Source: Paraspadella gotoi
Lineage: Eukaryota; Animalia; Chaetognatha
DNA: 64,000 nucleotides
Assembly (NCBI GenBank): GCA_051294375.1
Contig: JBJCIZ010000028.1
Location: 391,108 to 455,107 of the forward strand
Direction of reading: 5' to 3'
The position numbers were made by a program, and so were the translations under genes. The notes below the pieces were generated by a model. The model worked only from the letters and a program-made list of their open reading frames with translations. It had not been told where the DNA came from and ran no database searches. Below, one piece after another: positions 37,851 to 51,081 of this stretch (position 1 is the first letter of the stretch; every line of letters starts with the position of its first letter).

Positions 37851-40426
37851 GAGCAGCCACCCTCTTTTGAACAACTCCTATTTAATGTTTTTATTGATTG
37901 AAAAAAAAAATTTTATGGTTAAAATGTGTTTTTTTCTTTCTTTCTTTTTTCTTTCTTTTCTATCTCACACTCTCACTCTCTTACCTCTATTCTCTCTCTC
38001 TCTCTTTATCGCTCCTCTCGCTTTCTCTTTCCATATTCCTTTCCCTTATTTATTTCTTCCCGCCTGTCTCTGAAAAATTATTTGAATGTAACGAACTTTT
38101 CTGAATTATTAAATAAAACAATGCGTTTTAAATTTATTAATCCTATTAACTAGTAGTTTTTTCAGAAATAGAAAGAGAGAGAGAGAGAAGAGAGACAGAG
38201 AGAAAAGAGAGAATTTTAAAAAATTTNNNNNNNNNNNNNNNNNNNNNNNNNTACCGGTCGGTTGTTTAGAAGTAGCTCGTCGTGCGCATTAAGTTAATAA
38301 TTATTTTATAAACGTTAATGACTATTAGATTTGTGGATGGTGATATAGAAAGACAGATGTATAGAAAAAGTGACAAAGGGACATCGAAACAGATAAACGG
38401 ACAAAACCCGGAATTGAATGACAAGAAATTTCAAGAGTTAACGATTGGGTAGAGAAACTCGGCCAAGCCGTGAGAGAGAGAGAGAGACACACACACAAAA
38501 ACTAGGCTTCGTTTCGTCACGCCCCGAAGAGAGTCATATTCTTAGAACAAGTTTTTAATTGCCTCCCTCGTCTTTGCTGAGCAACTATAACTATTTAGGT
38601 CGCGTTTCGGTCAGTCTGTCCGTGAGTCCTTTTATTAATTATTATTACTCATATTTATAACCTATATAATATTCTAGGTAGTTAGGTTATGTTCTATGAG
38701 ACACTAAATGTACATATTCTTTTATATTAAAGATTGATTTTTCAAAATTTTTATATTTTTAATATAGGTACGATTCTTCAAGCGAATAATTTATTAAAAA
38801 GTAATATTAATAGAAAATACAAAATGTATGTAAAATTATAAATGTGTGTACACAAGATAATTACTGCGGCGCGACACCTTGAACTTACCGGGTTTGATTT
38901 TTGGTCGGAGACGCGACTCGCCGGTGAGTCAAATAACTTGATCGTCAATAATAAGAATGTCCGAAAGATCGAATCAATAGATCTTTTTTTTTTAAATTCA
39001 GATTAATATTATTAATTTTAATTTTATTCTTTTTTTTTTTTTTTTTTTTTTTTGCGTAATTCCGACTTCTCTTTCGTCGATTACGCCTGTGAAATTACGC
39101 GGCAATTTGTCATTTATTTCCCGAAACGCGTTTATATGTGATTTATGTGTGATTTTTTTGAGATGATTTGTTTAAAAGTAATACACTTCGCTCTTCCCTT
39201 TTTTTTTTTAAATCGTCTTTTATAAAAAAAACTAAATTCAATTTTTTTATTAATTTGTAAAAGTCTTTGAACATGACATGAAAAAACTTAATTAATGCAA
39301 TAATTTGACTGACGTAACGTGTTTTCTCTTACACTAGAAAATAACTGTTCTATGCAAAAATGTCTTGTAATTTTTTTATTTTGTTGGGTGGCCGAAGATC
39401 GTAAACATTTCTACGAGAATTAACTATCAGATATAAAAAATAATGAAATTTATTGTGTATTGTGCAACTATATTTAACGCCGCCTATTTTATTCGGACCT
39501 GTTTTTTAAAAAATAATGGATTTATCTTTGAACTGCATGTATATGCTCTGTAACTACTCAAAAATTTATCTGTTTGCGCGCCGATGAAAATTTATATATT
39601 CATAATACGATTAATTAAAAATGTATGGGAATGTAATAATTGAAATCATTAAATTAAGCAGCTTCTCAAAATATATTGGATGATCATTAGGTGTTATTTT
39701 TTTGTAGGATTCATTAAAGGTTTATTCGAGACCATGCGTTCGATCGTTTTTGGATTGTCATTTGAAATAATGTGAAATGTGACATGTCAAATGTCAAATG
39801 TCCTGCAAAAATGAATGAATTCACTTTCTCTATTGAAACTACGTTGAATCTCCCCCATAAATAATTGCCAACTAAGATTTAAAGCGATGCTTGTAATATA
39901 TCTTTCCAACCTAAAATAATTTTAGATACTTACTCTAAACCACTTTAAAGGAGAGAGATAAGGCTTCGTCCACGCGGAAGCCAGATGCAGTCTGGTCATC
40001 GTTTCGAGGCTTCGGTCGAGCGTCACCCTCGATCTACTCGGACAACATTTTGAAAGACGCGTGCTGGAGGGGCGCTGCCGACGTCGTGGGGCGCCAAGAG
40101 AAAACTGACATCGGATCGAAATGTGATCGTTGGAAAATTGGAATCGCAGTGAGCGACGAGGAATAAAGTCATGACTTAATTCCGTGGTTTGGTTGTTTTT
40201 TGTTTTGTTTTTGTTTTTTAGTATAAAAAGCATTAAGTAATTAGAAAAGTTTGATTTTGTTTATTTTCAACAACGGTTGTTTTTATTTTACGCAGAAGAG
40301 AGAAGAGAGGACCGCGTTTAGAGAGACAGATTGGGAGGAGATAGAAGATAGAGATAAGAGCCCATTAGAAGACAGAGAGCCAAGATTAGAGAGAGAGAGT
40401 AGAGAGACGAGAGAGAAGAGAGAGAA

Positions 40427-40462
<36 letters not shown>

Positions 40463-40718
40463 TAGGAGAGAGTTTAAGAATCACGTAGAAACAGCTTATT
40501 ATAGAAAGAACATAGACGACGCCAAACGAGAGAGAGAGAGAGAGAGAGAGAGAAGACGAGAGAGAGAGAAGAGAGCAGAGAGAGAGAGAGAGAGAGAGAT
40601 AGAGAGGAGAGAGACGACAATGAGAGAGACAGAGAGAGACACGAGAGAAAGAGGAGAAGAGAGAGAGAGTAGAGAGAGAGAAGAGAGAGAGAGAGACAGA
40701 GAGAGACCAGAGAGAGAC

Positions 40719-40749
<31 letters not shown>

Positions 40750-40854
40750 TGAGAGAGAGAAGAGAGAGGTTAAGAGAGAGAGGAGGGAATTTTTAATTAT
40801 TCAAAATATTAAAGTATTAAATATAATTAAAACTAAACCCAGCGTTCCTTCCAG

Positions 40855-41211
40855 GTCATCCATCGATCCCCAACCCAGGAGCGCGGTGGTTTTTTACCTC
40901 ACACCGCGCCACGATGGACTCGTCGCCCTCACCTGGCCTCACACACCGCGTAATCTCAGGAATGCCGCGGCGGGAAATGCTTCGCAACGCTCTTATCGTG
41001 CGGCGGGATATCGTTCGCAACGTGCTCGGAGACAGGTTCTCCTACCGGCGATCGTTCAAGGCTAATTTGCCTAGCGCAAGCCACGTCGATCCGCGTTTCT
41101 GACGATAACGCGATCATGCACTCAGCGGAGCGAAGATCCCGAAAGATAGGATACCTTTTTTCGCGAATCGAGATCCTTTACTGGTGCAAGTTTTCATCGT
41201 CGTTCAACACC
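40855..41211 (+). CDS. Exon 2 (end of SRPBCC and start of C2); second copy ~42880-43220
   Basis: GC-rich block with CCAG| and |GTACG boundaries; a DPYC..KF motif typical of the C2 N-terminal part is readable in the 43175-43200 copy. Many indels. Confidence 0.5.
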
Positions 41212-41221
41212 GTACGTTGTT

Positions 41222-41650
41222 CGTTTTGGGAGGGTCAGTTTTGGGGAGCGTGATCAGCTTTTTTGGGAGGGGTCAGGTTTGGGAGGAGTCTGGGGGTCAG
41301 TTTTCGGGGGAGGGAGGTGGGTCACGGGAGGGCGTTGTTAGGGGAGAGGGTCAGGTTTTTGGGGGGGTCAGAGTTTGGAATGGGCATTCTGGGTAGGGTC
41401 AGTTGCTTGGGAGGGTCCAGTTTTTGGGGGAGGTTCGTTCTTGAGGTGCAGGCTTTCGGGGGAGTTGGAGGTCACAGTTCTTGGGAGGGTCAGTTTTTGG
41501 GAGGGTCAGTTGTTTGGGCGGGGGATGCAGTTTTGGGGGAGGGTCAGCGTACTATCGGGCAGGAGGTCAGTTTTGGGAGGGGTTCAGTTTTGGGGATAGG
41601 GTCAGATTTTTGGGAGGGGTCAGTAGGAGGGGTCTAGTTTTTTGGGGAGG
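41222..41650. repeat. G-rich intronic minisatellite (TTTTTGGGAGGGTCAG-like); second copy ~43225-43590
   Basis: Directly visible, ~16-18 bp degenerate units. Confidence 0.8.
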
Positions 41651-41923
41651 ANNNNNNNNNNNNNNNNNNNNNNNNNAATATCAGCAAAAAAAATTAACTT
41701 AAATAATTTATCCCCCCAAAAAATATTTTAAAATTTCTCATTACTATAAAACTATTAAAAAAAAAAGAGTCAGTTTATATAATAAAAACTCGTGATTATT
41801 CGTAATGAAAAAACAAACTTGTTTTCCTTCTCCATAAATTAACCCTATATCCAAAATACTACTACTACTAAAAAAAAAAAACATCTCCAGAATCAAATCT
41901 CAAAAAACTCCTCGGAATAAAAA

Positions 41924-42172
41924 ATGTCGACGGTCGCTCCCCGCTCGCTTCGAAGGCTTCGTCCACGCGGAAGCCGATGCAGTCTGGTCATCGTTTCGAG
42001 GCTTCGGTCGCTCCACCCTCGACTACTGGACCATTTTGTTGAAAGACGCGTCGTTGGAGGGCGCGCGCCGACGTCGTGGGGCGCCAAGAGAAAACTGACA
42101 TCGGATCGAAATGTGATCTGGAAAAATTGGAATCGCGTGAGCGACGAGGAAAAAGTCATGACTTATTCGCTG
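41924..42172 (+). CDS. Exon 1 of the putative SRPBCC-C2-LOX gene: SRPBCC (polyketide cyclase/START-like) domain; other copies at 34296-34545 and ~39960-40187
   Basis: Consensus of three indel-bearing copies: MSTV..ADAVWSSFRGF.SLHLDYWT.F...V.GGRADVVGAKRKLTSDRNVIVEKLESRDDEEKVMTYSL, matching the VW..F..W..VGa.R.l..E.L...D....tYs pattern. Confidence 0.65.
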
Positions 42173-44351
42173 GTTGGTTGTTTTTTGTTTTGTTTTTTTT
42201 TAGTATATATAAGCATTAAGTAATTAGAAAAAGTTTGATTTGTTTATTTTCAACAACGGTTGTTTTATTTACAGAGAGAGAGAGAGAGGAGATGGAGAAA
42301 GAGAGAGAGAGGGAGAGAGACGAGTAGAGAGGGAGAGTAGGAGCAGGGAGAGAGAGGAGAGAGAGAGAGGAGGAGAGTGACAAGGAGACAGAAGAAAGAT
42401 GGAAGACCGAGAGCAGAGAGAACCGAATGGAGATATGGAAGCAGATAATGGGAGAGAGTAGAGAAAAGAGGCGGGAAAGAAGAGAGAGGAGAGAGAGACT
42501 GAGAGGACAGAGAGAGAAGAGAGCAGGAGATAGAGAGAGAGACGGAGGAGGAGACGAAATGAAAGACGGAGAGAACACGAGAGAGAGAGAGAAGAGAGAG
42601 AGATAGAGAGATGGAAGAGAGAGAAGATGACAGAGAGGAGAAGAGAAGACAGAGAGAAAGAGGGAGAGAGGAGAGGAGGATGAGGATGGGAACGTCGAGA
42701 GAGGTAGAGAGAGGGACGGGAATGTGGTTTAGAGGTATCAGGGAAGACGCGGTGGATGAAGAGGAGCTATGAGAGAAGAAGCTAGAAAGAAACCGGTCTA
42801 TCGAAGGATCGCACGAAGCCAACAGACAGGGAGGAGAGCAGACACAAGCAGAAGAGGGCAGAGAGGAGGTTAAAACAGTCCTGGTTCATGCCGGTTTACC
42901 TCACACGCCGCGCCACGATGAACTTCGGCCCTCACCCGGCCTCACCCCCGTAATCCTCCAGGAATGCCACGGCGGGAACATGCTTCGCAACCGCTCTATC
43001 GTGCCGGCGGGATATCTCCGCATACCGTGCTCGGAGATCGGTCCCTACCCGGCGATCGTTCAGGCGGCTAATTTGCCTAGCGCAACCCAGTCGATCCGCG
43101 TTTCTGACGATTAACGACGACATCAGCTCGGGAGCGAAGATCCCGAAAGATAGCGATACCTTTTTTCGCGACATCGAGGATCCTTACTGCTGCAAGTTTC
43201 GATTCCGTCGTCAAACGCTTGGTCTCGGTTTTGGGAGGTCAGTTTGTGGGGAGGTATCAGCTTTTTTGGGAGGGGTCAAGGTTTGGTGAGGGCGTCGATT
43301 TGGGGAGAGGTGCACGTTTTTGGGGAGAGGGTCAGGTTTGGGGGGTCATCATTTGGGAGGGCAGTTGTTAGGGAGGGTCAGGTTTTGGGGGGGGCATGCA
43401 GGTTTGAATGGGAGGTTGGGTCACAGTTTTTCGGGAGGGTCCAGTTTTTGGGGAGGTTTCAGTTTTTGGGTGGGTCAGGCTTTTCGGGAGGGTCAGCGTT
43501 ATGGCAGGAGCGTCAGTTTTGGGAGGGGTTCAGTTTTGGGGGTACTAGGTCAGTTTTGGAGGTCGAGAGGGGTCTAGTTTTTTGGGAGGGCGTTGAAGCG
43601 TTACGGGCGTGGTTTTAAATTATACGGTTAATTACTGTTGTAACATTATCTCACAATTTGTAGTTTTGGCGAGGGCGTGTAAGTAATATGTTTATAATTT
43701 TAGAGGGGTATAGCTTTTATTGAGGGGTTGGTAACAGTGTGACTTTTACCGATACGTAGCGTAAAGCCAACATCGTACTAACATCTAACTGATCAATTAG
43801 CTGTCAAGTGAAAAAGGAATTTTTAGTAATGTAAGTTTGTAAAAAGAGAGAAAAATATGGGTTCTTTTATAAAAAGCCTCGATATTGGTTTTTTTAAAAA
43901 ATGTAATTTTTTTTTTATGTTGATGTTTGTTTAAAAAATTGGCGAAATTCTAATTGGCAATTTTTTTTTTTTTTTTTAATCTTTTTTTTAAACTAAATAT
44001 ATCCAATCTTGATAAAAGAAAATTTTTATCACCTACCGTTCAAAAACACGGATCCGCCATTGCACGCTAACGCAATTATTCTCTCTTTCTCTATCCATTT
44101 CCCACACCGCAGGCTCCGTCCTGAGGAAACAAAGTCAACTTCCTTACTAGTCCTCAACATAACCCGTAATCCCATTGTGCGATTTCGACGAAAGTCAACT
44201 TTTACCGTCTCTTTAAACATTTCGATCATCGGATTTGAAACAGTGAAAAGGTTTTATGACCGTGATTTTTCTATGGATGACGATGACTTCATCTTTGCGG
44301 TCCGAAAGTTTTGGGCTGGCTTGAGATCAAGGTAGAGATGAGAAGAGAGAC

Positions 44352-44397
<46 letters not shown>

Positions 44398-45621
44398 AGA
44401 GATGAGACGAGAGAGAGAGAATAATTCAAGTTTCAGTTGTTCAGTTTATTTATTTTCAAAAACTTTCAATGATAAAGAGTATGAAAAAAATCTTCCGTAC
44501 GTATGATATGTGGTTGAATTAACTTTCTGAAATTAATAGTGTTTTAAGAATTTAAATACTGTTCAGGCAAGACTGGAGACGACAAGAAAAGAGAAAAGAA
44601 ACAAAAGCCGTCAGAAAAGACGATGGCAAAAAGACCGACAAAAAACCGCAAGTCTCCGATAAACCGACGCTGGTTTCCAGTAATTTTGGAGAAAAAGGGG
44701 TAATATTCAACTGCAGCTATTCTTTTATGCAAAATTGCTCAAATATGAATAGAAAAGAAGTGTATTAGCATTTAAGGCCTGTTGAAGCATTGTGTATTAC
44801 ACATTTGCGTAGGTCCTGTAAGTATGTAGGACACATTTTAAAAATGGCCGTAACGTTACTGTCCACCCGCTTCCGGCGAAACTCCCTTCGACTGCACGAG
44901 CCAGGCTTCTGTATGTTGCCGACATCAAAAGGCGGCAACCGTTGGGCGTCTCCTGGAACGGTTGGTGCCTTGCGTCTGCTAATCCATGTGGTGTGTGTGG
45001 AGGAGGCCCTCCTAACCACATCGGCGTTGTCCCGGGTTGCTGCTGACCTGCAAACTGCACAATCTTTGGTTGACGGTTCGCCGTGTGACCTGCCTTGTGG
45101 CATCGCCGTTGGCGGCTGCTGAGCTTGCTTTTGGGAGGGCGTTGAAGCGTCGGCGTTTAAATACGGTTAATTACAGTTCATTTAATTTAGTTTGGGAGGG
45201 GGAGAGTAATTTTAGTAAGGAGTATAGCTTCTATGAGGTTGGTACTAGTGTGACTTTTACCGATACGGTACTAAGCCAAATCGTACTACTCTACTGATCA
45301 ATTGCTGTCAAGTGAAAAAAAAGGATTTTTAGTAATGTAGAGTTTGTAAAAAGAGAAAAAATATGGGTTTTCTTTTATAAAAAAAAGGCTGCGAATTGGT
45401 TTTTAAAAATGTATTTTTTTTTTTTTTATTGTTGATTTTGTATTAAAAAATTGGCGAAAATTACTAGATTGGCAATTTTTTTTTTTTTTTTTTTTAATCT
45501 TTTTTTAAACTAAATTAATATCCAATCTTGATAAAAGAAATATTTTTTCCCACCTACCGTTCAAAACACGGATCCCATTCACGTAACGCAATTTTCTTTC
45601 TTTATCCATTTCCCACCGCAG

Positions 45622-46211
45622 GCTCCGTCCTGGAAACAAAGTCAACTCCTTACCTCAACAATAACCCGAATCCCATTTGGTTCGACGAAGTCAACTTTTG
45701 CGTCTCTAAACATTTCGATCGATTGAGAGTGGAAGTTTATGACGCGGATTTTATGGATGACGATGACTNNNNNNNNNNNNNNNNNNNNNNNNNNNNNNNN
45801 NNNNNNNNNNNNNNNNNNNNNNNNNNNNNNNNNNNNNNNNNNNNNNNNNNNNNNNNNNNNNNNNNNNNNNNNNNNNNNNNNNNNNNNNNNNNNNNNNNNN
45901 NNNNNNNNNNNNNNNNNNNNNNNNNNNNNNNNNNNNNNNNNNNNNNNNNNNNNNNNNNNNNNNGAGAGAGAGAATATTCAAGTTTCAGTTGTATTTATTT
46001 TCAAACTTTCAATGATAAAGAGTAGAAAAAAATCTTCGTGACGTATGACCCGAATCCCATTTGGTTCGACGAAGTCAACTTTTGCGTCTCTAAACATTTC
46101 GATCGATTGAGAGTGGAAGTTTATGACGCGGATTTTATGGATGACGATGACTTCATCTTTGGCGGCGAAGTGGGCGTGGCTGAGATCAAGGTAGAGAGGG
46201 AGAGAGAGAGA

Positions 46212-46285
<74 letters not shown>

Positions 46286-49200
46286 TCAAGTTTCAGTTGT
46301 TCAGTTTGTATTTATTTTCAAACTTTCAATGATAAAGAGTAGAAAAAAATCTTCGTGACGTATGACTATGTGGTTGTAATTAACTTTCTGAAATTAATAG
46401 TGTTTTAAAGAAATTTAAATTACTGTTCAGGCAAGACTGGAAGACGACAAAGAAAAGAGAAAAGAAAACAAAGCCGTCAGAAAAGACGATGGCAAAAAGA
46501 CCGACAAAAAAGCCGCCAAGTCTTCCGATAAACCGACGCTGTTCAGTATTTTGGAGAAAAAGGGTAATATCAACTGCAGTATCTTAATGCAAATGCTCAA
46601 TATGAATAGAAAAGAAGTTGTATTAGGCATTTAAGCCTGTTGAAGCATTGTGTATTACACATTGCGTAGGCCTGTAAGTATGTAGGACACAATGAAAAAT
46701 GGCGTAACGTTACTGTTCCGTGCATAAAAAAAATTCACTGTTCAATATTATTATATTTCTTTTTATTTTTTGAACGTTATAGTTTCATATGCTGATATCC
46801 AAAATATCAATGCAAAATCTTTTTTTGTTTTTTTGATATGACTGAATATAGGGTGAAAGATGATAAATTTTTTAAAAAGTTACTTATTCATATTTATTCA
46901 TAGAATTGTAATAGAAAAAATAAAAAAAAAAATAATAGTACTAATAGTTAGTGTTATGTCTCAAATAGATGGAAAAAAAACCTCATTTAAAAATTCGATC
47001 GGGAAGTGGGGTAACTAAGGCTTACCAATGGCATCCTCCACGCGATTGTTCTCTCAAATAATTTTTTTTATTTAATACATTTGAAAGGGAAAAAAAGAAA
47101 ATTTGGAATTCAGGTTGCAGAAAGGGTACAGATAATCTGGACTTATTGACATGATAACCATGACTTTTAATATCTTGTGAAATGGGGGCAGTAAAGAAAT
47201 CTAAAAATTTCATCATTAAGTCAGTCAATAAACCATTTCCAATGGGCTATTACGAGAAATATTTTTTCTTAATTAAAATGGATGATAAATAATAAAATTA
47301 AATTCCTTGCTATATTTAAAAAAAAATTATCAATACAAATTAACACAATGATGTTTTGCTTTGTCAAATATGTTACCAGCTATATAATTTTTTACAACTT
47401 TAATATGATAAACAAGCAGTGTGTCAAGCTTTTAGTTTGCAGTTAAAGATAATGAAAAATGACGATTTTTTTTTTCACAGACAAGAAGGTAGATGTCCAG
47501 ACTGTTTATATCAAGCTGAAAACATTTTTGTATTTATCATTTTTAATATTTAAAAATATATTTTATCAAGCTACAACATAAATTTTTGCTTGTTTTTTAC
47601 TTTAACTAAAAAATATAAGCAATTTTATGGAATAAAAAAAATGTAATAATAAACAAAATGTAATTCAGTCTTTCCTTTTTCAAATTACAAAAAGAAAAAA
47701 AAATTTCATATGTCTTCATTGAAATTTTTAAAGCAAAAAACTGTTATACTTTTAACTCTGATTTAAACAAAAGCTGTGTAAAGATTTATGGATTTAATTT
47801 AATAAAACTCTTTTAGAAAGGTGTCCCATGATTAGGGCTTTAATTTTGATACCACATCCACCTTGCTACCTCTTTTCTTTCAAAGTTATTTAAAAAAATA
47901 ATGTTTTTTAAATTACGCAGTACAAATCTTTGTTAAATAAAAATTTCGGCAAAGCGGGAGTATCTCACTTATTTCTGTTGGTACAATACTTAAATTTCAA
48001 AATAAAACTTGAAGAAAATTTTTTTGTCATTTAGAGACATATCACTTTCAGATGTACCCATCGTATAATAATTTATTCATTTATTTCCCCAAAAAAGCCT
48101 AATTAGAAAAGCTGAAATTTTTTCAAAATTGTTGGGAAAAAAATTTCATACGACCTATGCTCATTGAGAATAATGGTTTTGCATAGAAAATTAAAATATC
48201 AAAAAAATTTAAAAATCAGCCTCTAGAAAAATCGAAAGGCTAGAGGCTGATTTTTTTAGAATTGCAAAATTTTTTTCCTGACTCATAATCCATTATTCTC
48301 AAGTTTCAAAATATTTTTTTCCAAAATCATTCAATCAATTTTTTTTTATTAATTTAAAATGTTTTTATGATGTTGTTTTTGTTTGAAAGAATTGAAAAAA
48401 GTGAAAAATATAGTAATTATATAAGGTTTTTGAAAATACTTTTAAAATATTAAATAATTAGATACAAGGGGAGTAAGCAAATGAAAATGAAATTGAATTT
48501 GTCATATTGTTATTTAGATTAATTGACTAATTACAAACAAATGATTCATATAAATTGAGGAAATGATGGGTAAAAAATATTCATCTTGGTCTCGGTTAAC
48601 TATTAGGTTATCGTTAAAGTTTTGTTTTAATAATATTAATATTTTTTTTGCATTTATAAAAGCAATGGTCTAAAATTTTGTAAGCGTTTCGAGCTATATT
48701 GCTTCATCTTTTTTACTATTTTTGATCTAGTTAGCTTTTTTGTTGATGGTCAAGGGTTATGGTCACATACAGATATGTCCAGTAGTGTATATCGCACATA
48801 TTATTAAAAGTAGTGATCAATTAATTTGGCTCAGAAATGATTTTAAAGGGACAAAATCAGCACGAGACCGTTTCGCCACGTTATTTTTCATTGTGTCGTA
48901 GATCCAGTCGTAAGCTGTTTTTAGGTCATTTTAATATTTTACACTAAACATCGTTATTTTTGCCTTTAATCTTCTTTAATCTTTAAAAACGTTTAAATTA
49001 CTCTCCGTTTAATATAAAACACGATAGATCGTGAATATCAAGAGTTAAGACTTAAGTTAGCTTTTTGTATATATAATTTTTTAATAAATAACTTTCTTAN
49101 NNNNNNNNNNNNNNNNNNNNNNNNCTAATTAAAGTAGGATATCTAATTTGAAACAGAAAAAAAAAGAATATTCACGAATGTGCTTAAGTTAGCTAATTTA

Positions 49201-49669
49201 TTTAAATTTCAACTGTTTTAAAATCTTAAAAGTTAACAATATTTTTTCTTTAACTAACAAAAGTTTTTTACTTTAATAAATTTAAAACTCTTAATTTCTT
49301 AAATTTAAAAAAAAAGGTTTGATCATACAAAACACGAATTTAATCAGCCAATAAGAGACTAGATAAATAAATTTCAGCCAATGAACATCTTTTCTTTACG
49401 CAGGCAACGCGGAGGGAGCTCGCGTCGAATTCAACATCGACTTTGTCCTCAACGAGGGCACCGCTCTCAGCAGCATCACCTCGGTCGCGCTGCTGGAGAA
49501 GCAGCAGAACGCGCTGCGGATGGTCAGCACGCTGGAGGAGACCAAGCAGGAGATCCTCGGCGCGCTGCTGCGGTTCGCCGCGGATCCGCATCACGTGATA
49601 GGATACGAAAGGATGAAGATGGGGCAGCTGGATTTGGGGGAGATGCCGGGTGGGTGGGAGAGAGGGAGG

Positions 49670-49733
<64 letters not shown>

Positions 49734-50309
49734 CGAGAAAGAGAGAGAGAGGGAGAAATAAGAAGAGAGAGGGTTTAACAGAAAAGAAGACACAGAGAGA
49801 GAGACAGACAGAGAGAGAGAGAGAGCCAGAGTGAGAAAGCGATAACTTACAAAATTACTAATCGCCCTTTTGATCTTCATTGCGATAATCAAAGTAAATC
49901 TATCTGTGAAACCTTAAAGAAAAATTTCAAAATTATTTGTTTCACTATTTTATATTTTTCGGTACAACAATATTAATATTCTTCGTTTTACTATTTAATT
50001 TACATAATTTAAAAAAAGGTCTTTGCTCTCTCCTTCCGATCGACGAGATGCCCCGGCCGAAACTCTGGGCGGGAATCCTGCGCCGGATGCTCGAGGTCGT
50101 CTGGAGTCTTTCCGGCTCCAATCACCGGATGGAGAACGAATGGACGGCCGTGTTTAATCCCGACTACATTCCGATTCCGCACACAGTGGAGATGTTGTCT
50201 TTGTATTGGAAGGACGACTCCGAGTTTTGTCGTCAATTCTTTCAAGGGATCAACCCGTTTCAGATCAAAGTGGTGAAGGATGTGGAGGAGGTGCCGAAGG
50301 TGAGAGGAT

Positions 50310-50350
<41 letters not shown>

Positions 50351-51081
50351 TTTGTGCGGTGGTTTTTGTGTTTTGTGTCTTGTTTCTGTTGTTTCTTTTT
50401 TTTTTTGGTTTGCGGTGGTTTTACTTTTTTCTTTCTCCATTTTATTTTTTTTTCTTAGTCCGGACATTAATCTTATTTGCATATTGCAGTATTTTTTTAA
50501 TTTCTCAAAAACTAAATAAATAAATAAATAAATAAATTCATGAGCTTTAGTGGCTTCAATGGTTGGTTTTAATTAAGTTGTATGATATATATTTTTTATT
50601 AAAAAGCTAAAGTTAATTTTTTACTAAAGAAAAGCGAGTCTTTGAAAAAGATTATGGCTTATGCATAATATTTTTTTGGGAAAGTGTAGAATTGTCCTTT
50701 GTCTCCAAATATGTTACTAGCTTTTTTTTCAATTATGTTAATATCATTTTTGTTGTTAATAAAAAAATATGTTAAAGTTATGATGACGGTAGTTAGTTAG
50801 TTTTTTTTTATGATTATAGGCTACAGCTTATTTCACATGCAATATGTTGATAACGAGTAAAACACCAATCTCCCCCCCCTCGCCCTGAAGGAAATGCGGT
50901 CCTTAAAAACTCTCGACGGTTCGACCTCAGTTCCGGAATTAATCGCCGGAAAAAGACTCCTCATCGCCGATTTCCGTCTATTGGCCGAGATTCCCGGCAG
51001 AAACATCGAAGAAGGAGGATATTACAAGAATCCGTTGCGGCCGGAAATTCTGTACTACGCGCCGATCGTGTTGTTTTACAG
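45622..51081 (+). CDS. C2 domain plus N-terminal half of lipoxygenase (exons 45622-46190 split by a gap/duplication, 46431-46563, 49404-49649, 50019-50299, 50891-51081)
   Basis: C2: KSTPYLNNNPNPIWFDEVNF..LRVEVYDADFMDDDDFI. LOX: WKDDSEFCRQFFQGINPFQIK and GKRLLIADF..YYAPIVLFY. Exon phases chain consistently (0,1,1,0); last donor is AG|GCGAG. Confidence 0.85.
48164..48302. repeat. Fold-back inverted repeat
   Basis: AAAAATCAGCCTCTAG (48211-48226) / CTAGAGGCTGATTTTT (48240-48255); outer arms TTGAGAATAATGG / CCATTATTCTCAA. Confidence 0.7.

Noticed and set aside
44863-45128. GC-rich segment present in only one copy of the C2 region
   Set aside because: No termini, target duplication or domain recognised; could be a haplotype insertion or a chimeric read.
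30560-46720. True tandem triplication of SLC37 and SRPBCC/C2 exons
   Set aside because: Copies differ mainly by indels and abut N gaps; treated as probable assembly redundancy.
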